From the NCBI GenBank assembly GCA_963790475.1, contig CAWBOS010000010.1:512001-576000 (forward strand): a stretch of DNA of 64,000 nucleotides. Direction: 5' to 3'. This document shows positions 40,293 to 51,529 of the stretch, piece after piece. The notes beneath the pieces were generated by a model, which was not told the origin of the DNA, made no database searches, and was given only the letters and a program-made list of their open reading frames with translations. Numbering within the stretch: the first letter of the stretch is position 1; the number at the start of each line of letters is the position of its first letter. This DNA is from an uncultured delta proteobacterium (lineage in GTDB: Bacteria > Desulfobacterota > RBG-13-43-22). Both the position numbers and the translations under genes were made by a program.

Positions 40293-41266
40293 GAAACCTT
40301 CTCCTTTTGAAACCATTTTTGCTTGACCGTTTTGAAAAGGCCGATCAGACCCTGGGGGGCAAATAAAACCACCAGGATAAAAATTGCGCCGTTTACCAGT
40401 CCGATTCGCTCAGTAAAGCGGATGGCTAAAGTTTCCAATATATGAAGGACCCCCGAACCGATGATCGGTCCGACGAAGCTTCCGACACCACCGATGTAGG
40501 CCATCATGATGGGGGCAAAGGAGGTCCCGATGTCCAAGACCCCGATCGTGGAGACCAGTTTTTGGAGAAGCCCGTTAACCGAACCGGCAATTCCGGCGAA
40601 GACACCGCTGACGATCAGGTTGATGGCCTTGGTATGATTTAGATTGAAGCCCAGGTAATCCATGCGCAGGGCATTATCCCGAATCCCGACGATCAGGCTG
40701 CCGAAGGGGGTCTTGGTGTAAAACCACAAGATTAAGAGACAGATGGCAACCACTACCATGGCAAAATAATAGTAATTGATCTGGTTGGTCATATCGATGG
40801 ACACGATTCCCGGAATATTCAAAGGCGGAATGGTAAATCCGCTGATGCCATCCTCCCCGCCGGTTACCTCCCTGAATTTCAAGGCCAGGACAAAGATGAG
40901 TTGCCCGAAGGCCATGGTCAACATGGCAAAGGCTGTCCCGCTGACCCTGACCAGCAGCGGACTTAAAATCACGGCCAAGAGGCCGGAGGCCAGCCCGCCG
41001 AGCAATATGGCCGGCAATAAAGGTAATCCCGGGATGCGTGTCAAGGCAATGGCCGTGGCATAGGCGCCGGTGCCGAAGAACATGGCGTGACCGAAACTGA
41101 GGACCCCCATATAGCCCAGCAGCAGATTAACTGTTACGGCATAGAGAGAAAAGATGGCAAAGGCCAAAAATAGGTTGGTATAATAGATGTTGAAAAGGCG
41201 CGGAAAGGCGGCGACGATGATAAAGACCAAACCCCAGAGAATCCAATTAGACCACTTCTTACTCAT
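40289..41266 (-). CDS. livM: Branched-chain amino acid-type ABC permease
   Basis: G..SFGHAMFFG.GAY, FAMLT.AFGQ, TGGEDG, IGGVG. Confidence 0.9.
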   Translation of the reverse strand: MSKKWSNWILWGLVFIIVAAFPRLFNIYYTNLFLAFAIFSLYAVTVNLLLGYMGVLSFGHAMFFGTGAYATAIALTRIPGLPLLPAILLGGLASGLLAVILSPLLVRVSGTAFAMLTMAFGQLIFVLALKFREVTGGEDGISGFTIPPLNIPGIVSIDMTNQINYYYFAMVVVAICLLILWFYTKTPFGSLIVGIRDNALRMDYLGFNLNHTKAINLIVSGVFAGIAGSVNGLLQKLVSTIGVLDIGTSFAPIMMAYIGGVGSFVGPIIGSGVLHILETLAIRFTERIGLVNGAIFILVVLFAPQGLIGLFKTVKQKWFQKEKVS

Positions 41267-42137
41267 TCTCTTTCTCCAAATAAACCCATGGGTTTAAAGG
41301 CCAGCACCAGGGCCATAAAGGTAAACATCAGGACCGGCGCCAGCCGGGGAATAAACTGAATACCGTAAGCATTTAATTCCCCCAGAAAGAGGGCCACGAT
41401 AAAGGCGCCACCCAGGCTCCCGAATCCTCCGACTACTACCACTACAAAGGCATCCATCCCTAACAGATCGGCCATTCCGGGAAAGACGGTCAGAAGCGGT
41501 CCGGCCACCGCCCCGGCTATACCGGCCAGCCAGATACCGATGCCGAAAACCGCCATAAAGACCAGAGGGGTATTAATCCCTAAGGCGCTGACCATTTCCG
41601 GGTCGGAAACAGCCGCCCGGACGATCATGCCCAACCTGGTCTTGAAGAGAATAAAGGCCATAAAAGCCAATACCAATAAAGATATTCCGATAATAAAAAG
41701 GCGGTAGACCGGGTAGATCAGACCGGATAGATGCAACAGCCCGTTCAGGCTGGTACTGGTATGGAGACAACCAGACTCTCCGTGCCCCAGAAGAACTTGA
41801 CGATTTCAAGGATGAGGGTCATGAGCCCCACAGTTAAGAGGAGTTCGGCCAGATGTCCCTGTTTATGGACCGGACGCAAGAGAAAACGCTCAGCCACAAC
41901 CCCGCAGAATCCGGCAGCCACTGGGGCAATCAACAGTGACAGCCAAAAATTTCCGGTAAGTTGCGTAACCGTGAAACAGAAATAGGCGGACAACATGGCA
42001 AAAGAGGCGTGGGCGATGTTCAGAATTCCCATCATACCGAATATCAAGGTAAGACCGGATGCAATCAGGAACAGCAACATGCCGTAGGCCAAACCGTGGA
42101 TGGCCTGGGCGATATACAAAACAGTCGTCGGACTCAT
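41263..42137 (-). pseudogene. livH: LivH-type permease split by a frameshift near 41750
   Basis: 5' part ASGLTLIFG..NIAH; 3' part YPVYRL..TRLG..RA..VVVVGGFGS in another frame. Confidence 0.8.
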
Positions 42138-42350
42138 CTATTATCCTCCTGCCGATGAATCTAAAAAGAGCGTGGGACAAAGAAATCTACAATATCCAGA
42201 ACCCCAGCTTTGCCTCCCGGGGGTGAGGTGTTGGAGATTTTTTCAGGTCCGTCAGAGCCAATGAACCAGTGAAAAGTCAATAATACTGATTCCCGTCAGT
42301 CCCGGACCTGATTCAGGTGGGACGGGGGTTACGGTGAGAATTTTACGAAT

Positions 42351-42393
42351 CCCGCAAAGCACGACCCTAAAAAATTGAGGTGTGCTTTGCGGG
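42351..42393 (-). terminator. Stem-loop after the substrate-binding gene
   Basis: CCCGCAAAGCAC...GTGCTTTGCGGG, a 12-bp perfect stem. Confidence 0.55.
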
Positions 42394-42409
42394 AAGAAAT
42401 TGAGCTACC

Positions 42410-43782
42410 CTATTTTTTTACACGTCCGACGAGTTTCGGATCCATGCCGGGCATACAATTCTTAGCCGGTATCCAGGTGGGATCACTGGGGCCAGCATTT
42501 TTAGTGAACCACTTATTGGGGAATTCCAACGTGCAAATCGCACGCTCGGCTATAGCCTCATGATCATCGGGCCTCATATACTGTTTCTGGCCGATGGCGT
42601 CGAAGGAATCTCCTTCCCAGGCAGCGATGATCTTTGCGGGATCGAGGCTCCCGGCCTTTTGGATGACCTGACATAACCAGTAATAGGAAACCGTGTTTCT
42701 GAGCCATCCGCCATTGGGCCACTCATACAAAGGGGTATTATAGGGGGCCTTCCAGGTCTTCCACAATTTATTCCAAATTCCATAAATTTTTTATCATTCG
42801 GATGTCTTTTGGGGTCCAGTTGAAAATCGGTGTTCAGTATCAGTCCCCGGCCGGCCGGTCCGCCGATAGCCTCCAGGGGTTGGGTGGCGTCCAGAAAGGT
42901 ACTGATTATGGGAATGTACAGGTCCTTGTTTAAGGGACTTTTTAAGCCGAGTTGTCTGGATTGCTTGATCATATTCTCGCTGTCGGCTCCCCAGGCCATG
43001 GAAAAGATCGCCTCGGCTCCGGAGGCCCTGACCTTCTCCAGGTAAGGCCCGAAGTCTTTGGTGAACACCGGAAAATATTCTTCCCCGACAATCTGGGCCT
43101 TGGGCTTCATGGCTTTTAAGGTTTCTTTAAAGGCCTTGGCGGCGGCATGTCCAAAAAGGTAGTCCTGGGCTAAAATGTAAAACTTGGTTTCCGGTCGTTT
43201 TTCATAAAAAGCCCCCGCCGCCTTAACCATCGCATCAACAGTCCCGCAAGTGCGAAAGGTATATTCGTTAAAATCAGGAGTGAACATAAGCTCATCGGTA
43301 TAGGCGGCATTGTTCACCAAAATGACCTTGTATTGTTTGGCCACGGCCATGCCGGCCTTCATCAGGTGGCTTCCGGCTACCCCGGTGAGGAAATTGACCT
43401 TGTCTTCCAAGATGGCCTTTTCCATGGCCCGTTTAGCCGGGTCCGGCTTGGCCTGGGTATCGGCCTTGATGATTTGAATCTTCTTCATCTTGCCGTCCAC
43501 CTTGATGCCGCCCTGGGAGTTGATGTCCTGGGCCACGAATCCCAACAGGGCGTAATAGGCCTCCCCGATCCAGGCATCCGGTCCGCTGAAAACATCCCAG
43601 ATGGCGATCTTTATGGTGTCACCGGAAGTGGGGAAGGTTTGATTGTTGGGGTCATACTTGGCAAGGTCCCCTTTGAGGGGCACGAAGGCCCCGGCCTGGG
43701 GCAGACCGGCTAAAAAAACAAAAAACATAAAAATGCATCCCATTACTACCCATTTTCCATGATAGCTACCTTTTGTTTTCAT
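42410..43782 (-). pseudogene. LivK-type ABC substrate-binding protein split by a 1-nt frameshift near 42775
   Basis: Signal peptide, SGP, DIN..GGI, QDYLFG, DFGPYL.KV; the tail W..WK..MRPDDH is in another frame. Confidence 0.8.
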
Positions 43783-44216
43783 CTTTTCCTCCTTGTTATA
43801 AGGTTTAGTTACTGGTTAAAAAATTAAAATTAGTTATGGGTCAGCGAAAAATTGGGCAAAGAAGGGTTTCGTTTTATGAATATTCAAGAATAAGTAGGTA
43901 GTGGTGAAAATAAGGGAATTTGGCGTAAGGGACTTGCCCGGTACAAGTGACATAGGGCGGTCGCCGATAGACGGGATCTTGACAAAAGAAATGTCCTCTG
44001 AAATCAAAAGTATCTCCGAAAAAGACAATATGACCCTGACTATTTCTTCTATAAAAAAATGCTTAGGTTATTCTTAAGGTTTTTAAATCCAAATCCAATA
44101 ACACAAAAAATGGGGGAACATTCGAGATTGTTAAAAAATTCTTTTGCTTTGGTTCCCGAGGTGGATTGAATCTAATTTAGCCCAAAAATATTGTCAAGCA
44201 AAATTTCTAACAGCCA

Positions 44217-44333
44217 AGCCTCCTGCAAAACTCCGGAAGGGGTCACCCTTTTGAAGGCGAGGGTCCCGAAAGCTTTTAAGCACCGGGATTCCCACTCTGG
44301 GAGAACGACCTGAATACCTTTTTGCAAGAAGCT
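44217..44333. mobile_element. MITE-like element with imperfect terminal inverted repeats
   Basis: AGCCTCCTGCAAAA ... TTTTGCAAGAAGCT (12/14 match). Confidence 0.45.
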
Positions 44334-44350
44334 CAACTAACAATAAAAAC

Positions 44351-45145
44351 TTATTGTGTACTATTTAAATAGGCCAGGACCGTCTCATTGAAGTCCCGGG
44401 GGGCCTCGATGGCGGCGATATGTCCGGTAGAAAAGGTCTTCAATAAGGCCTCTTTCAGTTTTTTATGCATTTCTTCGGCCACACTCAGGGGCATAAAATT
44501 ATCGGCCGTCCCGGCCAGCATAAGGACCGGACATTGGATCAGGTCGAGGTCGACCGGAACCTGCGCGGCCGCCCCCATGGCCATCATAACCGGGAGATAG
44601 CCGGAAGGGTCATTCTGCAGTTTGATGGCCTTGTATTGATTAAATACGGCCGGATCCTTTTCTTTGAATCCCGGGGAGAAGGAATTAACGGTCATGATCT
44701 CGGCAATGACTTCATTGTTTCCCGACTGGATCATCTCGATCATCATTTTGGTACGCTGCTCCCGTTCAGGAGAACTCGGTGCACCGACAACACTGTTGGC
44801 CATGACCAATCCCGTTGTCTTCCCGGGGTATTTCATGCAAAATTCAAGGGCAATACGACCGCCCATGGAATAGCCGAGAACGCAGGCCGACGAAAGGCCG
44901 AGGGCCTTGAGCAATTCATAGAGATCATCGGCAAACATATCCATCGAAAAAGGGCCGGGAGTTTTTTCCGTTTGCCCGAAGCCCCGAACGTCGTAGGTGA
45001 GCACCTGGAAGTGTTTGGAAAATTCAGGGACCTGGTTGTACCACATATTTAAATTGTCGGTGAACCCGTGAATCAGCACCAGGGTTTTCCCTTTCCCTGA
45101 CAAATCATAATTCATCTCGATTCCGTTGGCTTTTATCTTCATCAT
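44351..45145 (-). CDS. Alpha/beta hydrolase (3-oxoadipate enol-lactonase-like)
   Basis: LIHG, YDVRGFGQ, GYSMGG, G..D, GH. Confidence 0.88.
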   Translation of the reverse strand: MMKIKANGIEMNYDLSGKGKTLVLIHGFTDNLNMWYNQVPEFSKHFQVLTYDVRGFGQTEKTPGPFSMDMFADDLYELLKALGLSSACVLGYSMGGRIALEFCMKYPGKTTGLVMANSVVGAPSSPEREQRTKMMIEMIQSGNNEVIAEIMTVNSFSPGFKEKDPAVFNQYKAIKLQNDPSGYLPVMMAMGAAAQVPVDLDLIQCPVLMLAGTADNFMPLSVAEEMHKKLKEALLKTFSTGHIAAIEAPRDFNETVLAYLNSTQ

Positions 45146-45208
45146 TTCTCCTTATTCTTTGAAGGGTCTTCTCCTCATTGTCTAAAAGACAAACATGAGT
45201 AACATAAA

Positions 45209-45276
45209 GTCATTCCGGCGAGAGCCGGAATCCAGAGTTTTGAATTCCCTGGATGCCGGATCAAGTCCGGCATGAC
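45209..45276. repeat. REP/dRS3-like double-hairpin palindrome
   Basis: GTCATTCCGGcgagagCCGGAATCCAG ... CTGGATGCCGGatcaagtCCGGCATGAC. Confidence 0.85.
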
Positions 45277-45394
45277 GTCATAAAATATGCCATTTATGGA
45301 TTTCCCTAGAACCTTTGCTTATCCCAACTCTTTTAGCGAAGAGCCATATTTGAAGGTTTTTCATCCGGACCGAAATATGATAGAATTAAATTAT

Positions 45395-46858
45395 ATGAGA
45401 TTCAAGCAAAAAAGGAAATGCTTTGGAGAGGCGGACCCGCTCCCCCTGCCTGAGGCATCGGAAATCTTTGATGTCCTGGTGATCGGCGGAGGCAATGCCG
45501 CCCTTTGCGCGGCGATGACGGCCAAAGAAGCCGGGGCCTCGGTCCTTCTTCTCGAAGGTTCACCCAAGGCCTTCCGCGGGGGCAACAGCCGGCACACCCG
45601 CAACCTGCGATGTGCCCATGAAGAGGGCCAGCATCATCTGACGGGTATTTACCCGGAGGAAGAATTCTGGGACGATTTGCTTTCCGTAACCAAAGGAGAA
45701 ACCAATGAGGCCCTGGCCAGGCTGACCATTCGTGAATCCAATCAGATCGGGAGGTGGATGGAAAAACACGGTGGCCGCTTTCAACCGGCCATGCAGGGTA
45801 CCTTGCTTTTGGATCGCACCAACGCCTTTTTTCTGGGGGGTGGCAAGGGGCTGATAAACGCTTATTACGCCACCGCCCAACGATTGGGGGTGCGGATCCT
45901 GTATGAAGCCTCCGTTCAGAACCTGGAGGTCGAAGACGGACGTTTTATTTCCGCGGCCTTAGATTATCACGGTACCCCCCTGGTCACCCGGGCGCGGGCC
46001 GCAGTGCTGGCCTCGGGTGGTTTTCAAGCCGACCTGGAATGGTTGAGGGATTCCTGGGGGCCGCCGGCGGAGAACTTCATCATCCGGGGCACCCCTTACA
46101 ACAAAGGACGCCTGCTCCGTGTGATGCTGGACCGGGGAGCCAAATCCGTCGGAGATCAACGTCAGTGTCATGCCGTGGCCATAGACGCCAGGGCCCCGAA
46201 GTTTGACGGCGGGATCGTGACCCGTTTGGATTGTGTGCCTTTTGGTATTGTCGTGAACAGGAACGGCCAACGTTTCTATGATGAAGGGGAGGATTTTTGG
46301 CCGAAGCGTTACGCTATCTGGGGCCGGCTCATAGCACAGCAGCCGGATCAGATCGCCTATTGTCTGATCGACGCCAAAGCCATCGATCTGTTTATGCCTT
46401 CGGTTTTTTTACCCATTGAAGAGGGATCGATAAGGGCCCTGGCGGAAAGACTGAACCTGGATTCGAGTGCTCTGGAAGGGACCGTCGATGCTTTTAACAG
46501 CGCCGTGCAGGCGGGTGCTTTTAATCCCTCTGAACGGGATTGCTGTTCCACGAAAGGCTTGAGTCCGACTAAGAGCCATTGGGCCCGGCGGCTCGATGTC
46601 CCACCGTTCTATGCCTATCCCTTACGCCCCGGGATCACCTTCACTTACCTGGGTCTTACGGTGAACCAGCAGGCGCGAGTGATTCTGCAAGACGACAGAC
46701 CGGCGGCCAATATTTTCGCCGCCGGTGAGATCATGGCTGGAAACATCCTGGGACAGGGATACCTGGCCGGATTTGGAATGACTATCGGCACAGTATTCGG
46801 CCGTATTGCCGGAAAGGAGGCGGCACGCTGTGGCGTCCATTGCCGTAAAAGAAGCTGA
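45395..46858 (+). CDS. tcuA: FAD-dependent tricarballylate dehydrogenase (start uncertain)
   Basis: GGGNAALCAA, RGGNSRHTRN, RTNAFFLGGGK, HAVAIDARAPKFDGGIVTRLD, WPKRYAIWG. Confidence 0.9.
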   Translation: MRFKQKRKCFGEADPLPLPEASEIFDVLVIGGGNAALCAAMTAKEAGASVLLLEGSPKAFRGGNSRHTRNLRCAHEEGQHHLTGIYPEEEFWDDLLSVTKGETNEALARLTIRESNQIGRWMEKHGGRFQPAMQGTLLLDRTNAFFLGGGKGLINAYYATAQRLGVRILYEASVQNLEVEDGRFISAALDYHGTPLVTRARAAVLASGGFQADLEWLRDSWGPPAENFIIRGTPYNKGRLLRVMLDRGAKSVGDQRQCHAVAIDARAPKFDGGIVTRLDCVPFGIVVNRNGQRFYDEGEDFWPKRYAIWGRLIAQQPDQIAYCLIDAKAIDLFMPSVFLPIEEGSIRALAERLNLDSSALEGTVDAFNSAVQAGAFNPSERDCCSTKGLSPTKSHWARRLDVPPFYAYPLRPGITFTYLGLTVNQQARVILQDDRPAANIFAAGEIMAGNILGQGYLAGFGMTIGTVFGRIAGKEAARCGVHCRKRS

Positions 46859-47927
46859 ACGGGTGATGAGGATCTGCAACGCCTGCCGGTATTGTGAGGG
46901 TTTTTGCGCGGTATTTCCGGCTATGGAATCAAGACGGTTCCTGGGTGAACAGGATCTTAAGTATCTGGCCAATCTCTGTCATGATTGCCGGGGGTGCTAT
47001 TACGCCTGTCAGTACGCACCACCCCATGAGTTCAACTTGAATCTGCCTAAGTCCCTGGCTGATCTGCGGCTGCAATCTTATCAGGAATACAGCTGGCCTC
47101 CGGCATTGAGGAGACTTTTTGACTATAACGGACTGCTGGTTACCCTCTCGGCGGTGCTGGCCGTCTTTCTCCTGTCTATGCTCGCCTGGCTGATCCGGGA
47201 CCGGACGGTTTTTTTCGGCAGTCACCTTGGTCCCGGGGCGTTTTACCGGGTGGTTCCTTATACCATAATGGTGGTGCCCTTTATCACCCTGGCGATCTTT
47301 GTCCTTTGCAACCTGGGGAGAGGAACGGCTGCCTTTTACCGGGGGGCCGGTGGAAATTTAAAGGACTCGCTGAAACTTCGGGCAAACTTTAGAAGTGTCG
47401 GGGACATCCTGAGAATGAAATACCTGGACGGCAGCGGATATGGCTGCAATTATCCGGGCGAGCGGTTCACCATGCTCCGCCGCTATTTTCATCAATTGGT
47501 TTTTTATGGCTTTGTCCTTTGTCTGGCAGCCACCACCATGGCCTTTTTTTATCACCATTTTCTGGGACGGCCGGCGCCTTACCCATTTTGGAGTTGGCCT
47601 GTGGGCCTGGGGTCCCTTGGCGGGTTGGCCATACTGACCGGAACGGGGGGCTTGCTTTTCCTTAAGATCCGAATGGATCGGGTCCCGGCCGGCAGCGGAT
47701 CTCTCGGCCTGGACCTTAGCTTTTTAATATTCCTTTTTTTAATCAGTCTCACCGGGCTTCTATTGTTCTTTTTCCGATTCACTCCGGCCATGGGCATCCT
47801 CTTGGTCCTGCATCTCGGTTTAGTAGCCACTTTTTTCATTACCCTGCCTTACGGCAAGTTTGTCCATGGGGTTTATCGTTATGCGGCGCTCTTCCGCCAC
47901 GCGGTGGAACAATCAGGAAAGAATTAG
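46830..47927 (+). CDS. tcuB: Tricarballylate utilisation 4Fe-4S membrane protein
   Basis: ICNACRYCEGFCAVFPA, NLCHDCRGCYYACQYAPPHEF, PYGKFVH; GTG start behind AAGGAGG. Confidence 0.92.
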   Translation: MASIAVKEAERVMRICNACRYCEGFCAVFPAMESRRFLGEQDLKYLANLCHDCRGCYYACQYAPPHEFNLNLPKSLADLRLQSYQEYSWPPALRRLFDYNGLLVTLSAVLAVFLLSMLAWLIRDRTVFFGSHLGPGAFYRVVPYTIMVVPFITLAIFVLCNLGRGTAAFYRGAGGNLKDSLKLRANFRSVGDILRMKYLDGSGYGCNYPGERFTMLRRYFHQLVFYGFVLCLAATTMAFFYHHFLGRPAPYPFWSWPVGLGSLGGLAILTGTGGLLFLKIRMDRVPAGSGSLGLDLSFLIFLFLISLTGLLLFFFRFTPAMGILLVLHLGLVATFFITLPYGKFVHGVYRYAALFRHAVEQSGKN

Positions 47928-48023
47928 AAGTCCGGTTGGCTTCGGGGGTTAAGGGAATCGCCTAGTTAAGAAAAAGCCTTGACCGAGTAACGATCAATAA
48001 AATAGGATTGACTAAATATGAAT

Positions 48024-48155
48024 GATGGACCTGTAAAAAGTCACCGGAAGCCCATTTTCGTCATTCCGGGCTTGACCCGGAATCCAGGAACTTCACCAGA
48101 TTAGAAAATCTCTGGACCCCGGTTTTCACCGGGGTGACATCTTTTTACGAATAAA
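48024..48155. repeat. REP-like double hairpin inside a MITE-like GATGG..GTAAAAAGTC / TTTTTACGAA frame
   Basis: Core 48060-48138 GTCATTCCGGgcttgacCCGGAATCCAG...CTGGACCCCGGttttcaCCGGGGTGAC. Confidence 0.75.
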
Positions 48156-48172
48156 CCAACTCTGAATTAGAG

Positions 48173-48868
48173 GTGAAAAATATGATCAAAATTATCGGTA
48201 TTAGCGGCAGTCAGGTCAAAGACGGCAATGTGTCGGCCCTGCTTGAGGCTTCCCTTCTTCAAGCCAAGAAATTAAAGGACGTGTCTTCTGAAATCATAAA
48301 TCTGGCCGGGAAAAAGATCGGCCCTTGCCGGCATTGCAACTGGTGCATCAGCAAACAGACCATGGAAAGCCCTTGTTTTCAGGAAGACGACATGGGGCCT
48401 ATTTATAAAAAACTTTTAGAAGCCGACGGGATTCTGGTGGCCTCGCCGGTGCATTTCGGCCGCTTGTCCGGATTGACGGCCGATTGGATGGACCGCACCC
48501 GGGCCTTTATCCACGGCAAGATATATAAATTATCCCTGACGAATAAGGTCGGTGGGGCCATGGCCGTGGCTTTTTTCCGCGGGGCCGGTCTGGAAACCAC
48601 CCTGTCGACCCTGGACCTCTTTTTTCTGACCCACCAGATGATTGTGGCCAACAGTCGAATGTATCAACTGGGAGCCGGGGCATTCTCCAGCCGGGAGGGA
48701 AAGGGGCGTTTTGAAAAAAATATCCGGCATATGACCTTGGAGGATGATTACGGGGTCCAGTCGGCCAGGATGCTGGTGGAGAGGGTCATTGAACTATCCA
48801 GGATTGTTAAAGGCAGGCACACAATCCTTGGGATAGGTTTCATCATCAAAAGCCCTCGGCCCCTTTAA
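48173..48868 (+). CDS. Flavodoxin family / iron-sulfur flavoprotein
   Basis: IIGISGS..GN, CRHCNWC..C..EDDM, ASPVHFG, NKVGG. Confidence 0.87.
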   Translation: MKNMIKIIGISGSQVKDGNVSALLEASLLQAKKLKDVSSEIINLAGKKIGPCRHCNWCISKQTMESPCFQEDDMGPIYKKLLEADGILVASPVHFGRLSGLTADWMDRTRAFIHGKIYKLSLTNKVGGAMAVAFFRGAGLETTLSTLDLFFLTHQMIVANSRMYQLGAGAFSSREGKGRFEKNIRHMTLEDDYGVQSARMLVERVIELSRIVKGRHTILGIGFIIKSPRPL

Positions 48869-48870
48869 GA

Positions 48871-49499
48871 TTAATGGGTTCCTTTCAAATATCCCTGTCG
48901 CAAGTCCTCAGGGAATTTCTCGATGGCATAGCGGAGCATGGTTCGGGGCATAGTCTTATAGTGGACTTTTAGGAACGACTCTTCGGCCTTTCGATCCCGT
49001 TTGCCGATTTCCCGCAGCATCCAGCCCACCGCCTTGTGGATCAAATCCTCTTTATCTTTCAAAAATAATCGTGTGACTTGTAAAGTCTTGGAGAACTCCC
49101 CTTTCTTGATGAAGTGAGAGGTGGCCATGATAGATCGACCAGGTCCCAATTGTTTACAAGCCGGGTATTTTGCAGGTAGGATAGGTATATCTGTTCTCTC
49201 AGAAATCCATCCCCTTGTTGGTAGGCCCGAACCATGATAAGCAAGGCCAGGAGCCGGGCTTCATGGATTGGGGAATGAAGTAAGCGAGCGGCAGTGGAAA
49301 GGGGGACGGACTGGTATTCCTTGGCCAGCTTTCGAATCTCCGGAACCCGTAGACCGGCAAATACATCCCCTTCTCCATGTTCGCCTGGGCCGGTTTTGAA
49401 AAACCATTGCAGGTCCCTGGCCCTTTGCGGATCACCCAGGTCCTTCATTCTGGAAAGGATGCTTTGAAAATTAATTTTGTTCATGTTTTTTTGACCCAT
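48871..49499 (-). pseudogene. AlkD-like DNA alkylation repair protein with an internal out-of-frame deletion
   Basis: FFKTGPGEHGEGD..HEAR..NNWDLVDLS joined directly to SIMAT..DLIHKAVGWMLREIGK..MPRTMLRYAIE. Confidence 0.8.
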
Positions 49500-49618
49500 T
49501 TATTTAAATTTATCATATTTTTTATCTGAACCTTATTTTTTTTACTTTTAATACTTTTTTTGATAAAAACATCAAAAAGAAAGAGAAATCAAATTCCAGG
49601 TTATTAGAGGAGGGGACC

Positions 49619-51500
49619 ATGGCGGAGAAAAAATTTCAGATTCGAACCATCACCGATATAGAGGCCCTTGAGAAAACCCCGATCCAGGCCAGGATTACGG
49701 CTTTTAATACCTATGAATTACTCAAGCAAGGTGCGGCTATCAATCCGGAGGCCCCGGCCATCAGTTTTTTCCTGACCGGTGAGGATTACTTAAACCCTCA
49801 GAGAATAATTTACCGGGAATTTTTATCCAAAATTACCCAAACAGCCAATCTCTTTCACGACCTTGGGGTGGGGACGGGGGATGTTATTTCCTACCTCCTG
49901 CCCAACCTCCCGGAGACCCACTATGTACTCTGGGGAGGGGAGGCCGCCGGAATAGTCAATCCTATCAACTCCCTGTTGGCCCCTTCCACCATCCGGGAAA
50001 TCTGTCAGGCCGCCGGGACCAAGGTCCTGGTGACCCTGGGTGAGTTTCCCGGGGCCGACATCTGGCAAAAGGCCAATTCAATCCGGAAAGATCTCCCAAA
50101 CCTCAAGGCCTTGATAAGTGTTTATGGACCTGGAGATGAAAAGGAAGGGATCTATAGCTTCCATGAACTTCTTCCCCGTTACCAGGGAGATCGACTCGAT
50201 TCCGGCCGCATCATCGCCCCCGAGGACATCGCCTCCATGTATCACACCGGCGGTACCACCGGAACCCCCAAGCTGGCTCCGCATACCCACTATAATGAAG
50301 CGGTGATGGCTCATATGGCCGCCTTAGGGATGGAATTATATTCAGGGGAAGTGATTATGTGTGGCCTCCCGCTTTTTCATGTCAACGGGACCACGGTTAC
50401 CGGATCGTTTCCTTTCTCTATTGGTGCACATGTGGTGATCCTTTCGGCCCTCGGCTATCGAGATCAGGCGGTTATGAAGAATTTTTACAAGATCGTGGAA
50501 CATTACGGTGCGGTTGCCTTTTCCGCCGTTCCGACTATCCTGTCCGTTCTCCTGGATATACCCAAGGGGGATGCCGATATTTCATCGCTTCGTTACCTGG
50601 TCTGTGGGGCAGCCCCTCTTTCCGTGGAACTTTTCAAGCGGTTCGAAGTCCACAGCGGCATGAAGATCATTGAAGGCTACGGTCTGACCGAAGGGACCTG
50701 TGCTTCGTGCATGAACCCCTATCATGGGGAGCGGAAGATCGGGTCTATCGGTCTGAGGCTTCCCTATCAGGAGATGAAGGTCTTCTTGGTCGATGAAGAA
50801 GGCTAAGTTCTCCAGAGAAGCGGAAACCGACGAGATCGGAGAGGTCTGCATCAAAGGCCCCAATGTCTTCAAGGGATATGCGGATGAAGCCCACAATAAA
50901 CGCATCTGGCCCCTTCCGGAATGGTTTAATACCGGGGACCTGGGAAGACAGGATAAAGACGGTTATTTCTGGCTCACCGGGCGCAGGAAGGAACTCATTA
51001 TCCGCGGGGGTCATAATATCGATCCGGCAATAATCGAGGAACCTTTGTATCGACTCCCGGATGTTATGGTGGCCGCCGCCGTGGGGAGTCCCGATCCCCA
51101 TGCCGGTGAAATCCCGGTGGCCTACGTGGAGCTGAAACAAGGGGCTAAAATAACCGAGGACGAGATCCTGGAATATCTCCGGAAAGAAGTGGGTGAACGG
51201 GCGGCCGTTCCCAAACAAGTCTTCATCGTCCCCCAGATCCCCCTTACTCCGGTAGGAAAAATCTTCAAACCGGCCTTGAGGTGGGAGAGCATCCGGAAGG
51301 TCTACCAGCAGGAGCTTTCCGCTTTGGAAGGGATGGCCGGTAAAATAGAGGTGATGGTAACCGAAGACAAGGTCCATGGGTCGTTGGTTACCATCACCAT
51401 CACCCCTTCGCCCGGTGTCTCGCAAGAGACCATCCGGGAAAAGGTGGCTGAGGCCCTGGCCCGTTATACCGTTCGATATGAATTGAATTTCAGACAATAA
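49619..51500 (+). pseudogene. AMP-dependent acyl-CoA synthetase split by a +1 frameshift at about 50804
   Basis: HTGGTTGTPK, EGYGLTE; then GPNVFKGY, TGDLG, IIRGGHN, GKIFK in the next frame (GGC T AAG). Confidence 0.85.
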
Positions 51501-51529
51501 ATAATATAAACTCAATAAAATTGTCGATT

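Noticed and set aside
41745-41760. TGA ending the 5' half of livH as possible selenocysteine
   Set aside because: The LivH sequence resumes in a different frame, so this is a frameshift, not readthrough.
45395-47927. tcuAB as CobZ (precorrin-3B synthase) because a cob cluster is 7 kb away
   Set aside because: It has no B12 riboswitch, several unrelated genes intervene, and cbiX suggests the early-cobalt-insertion route.
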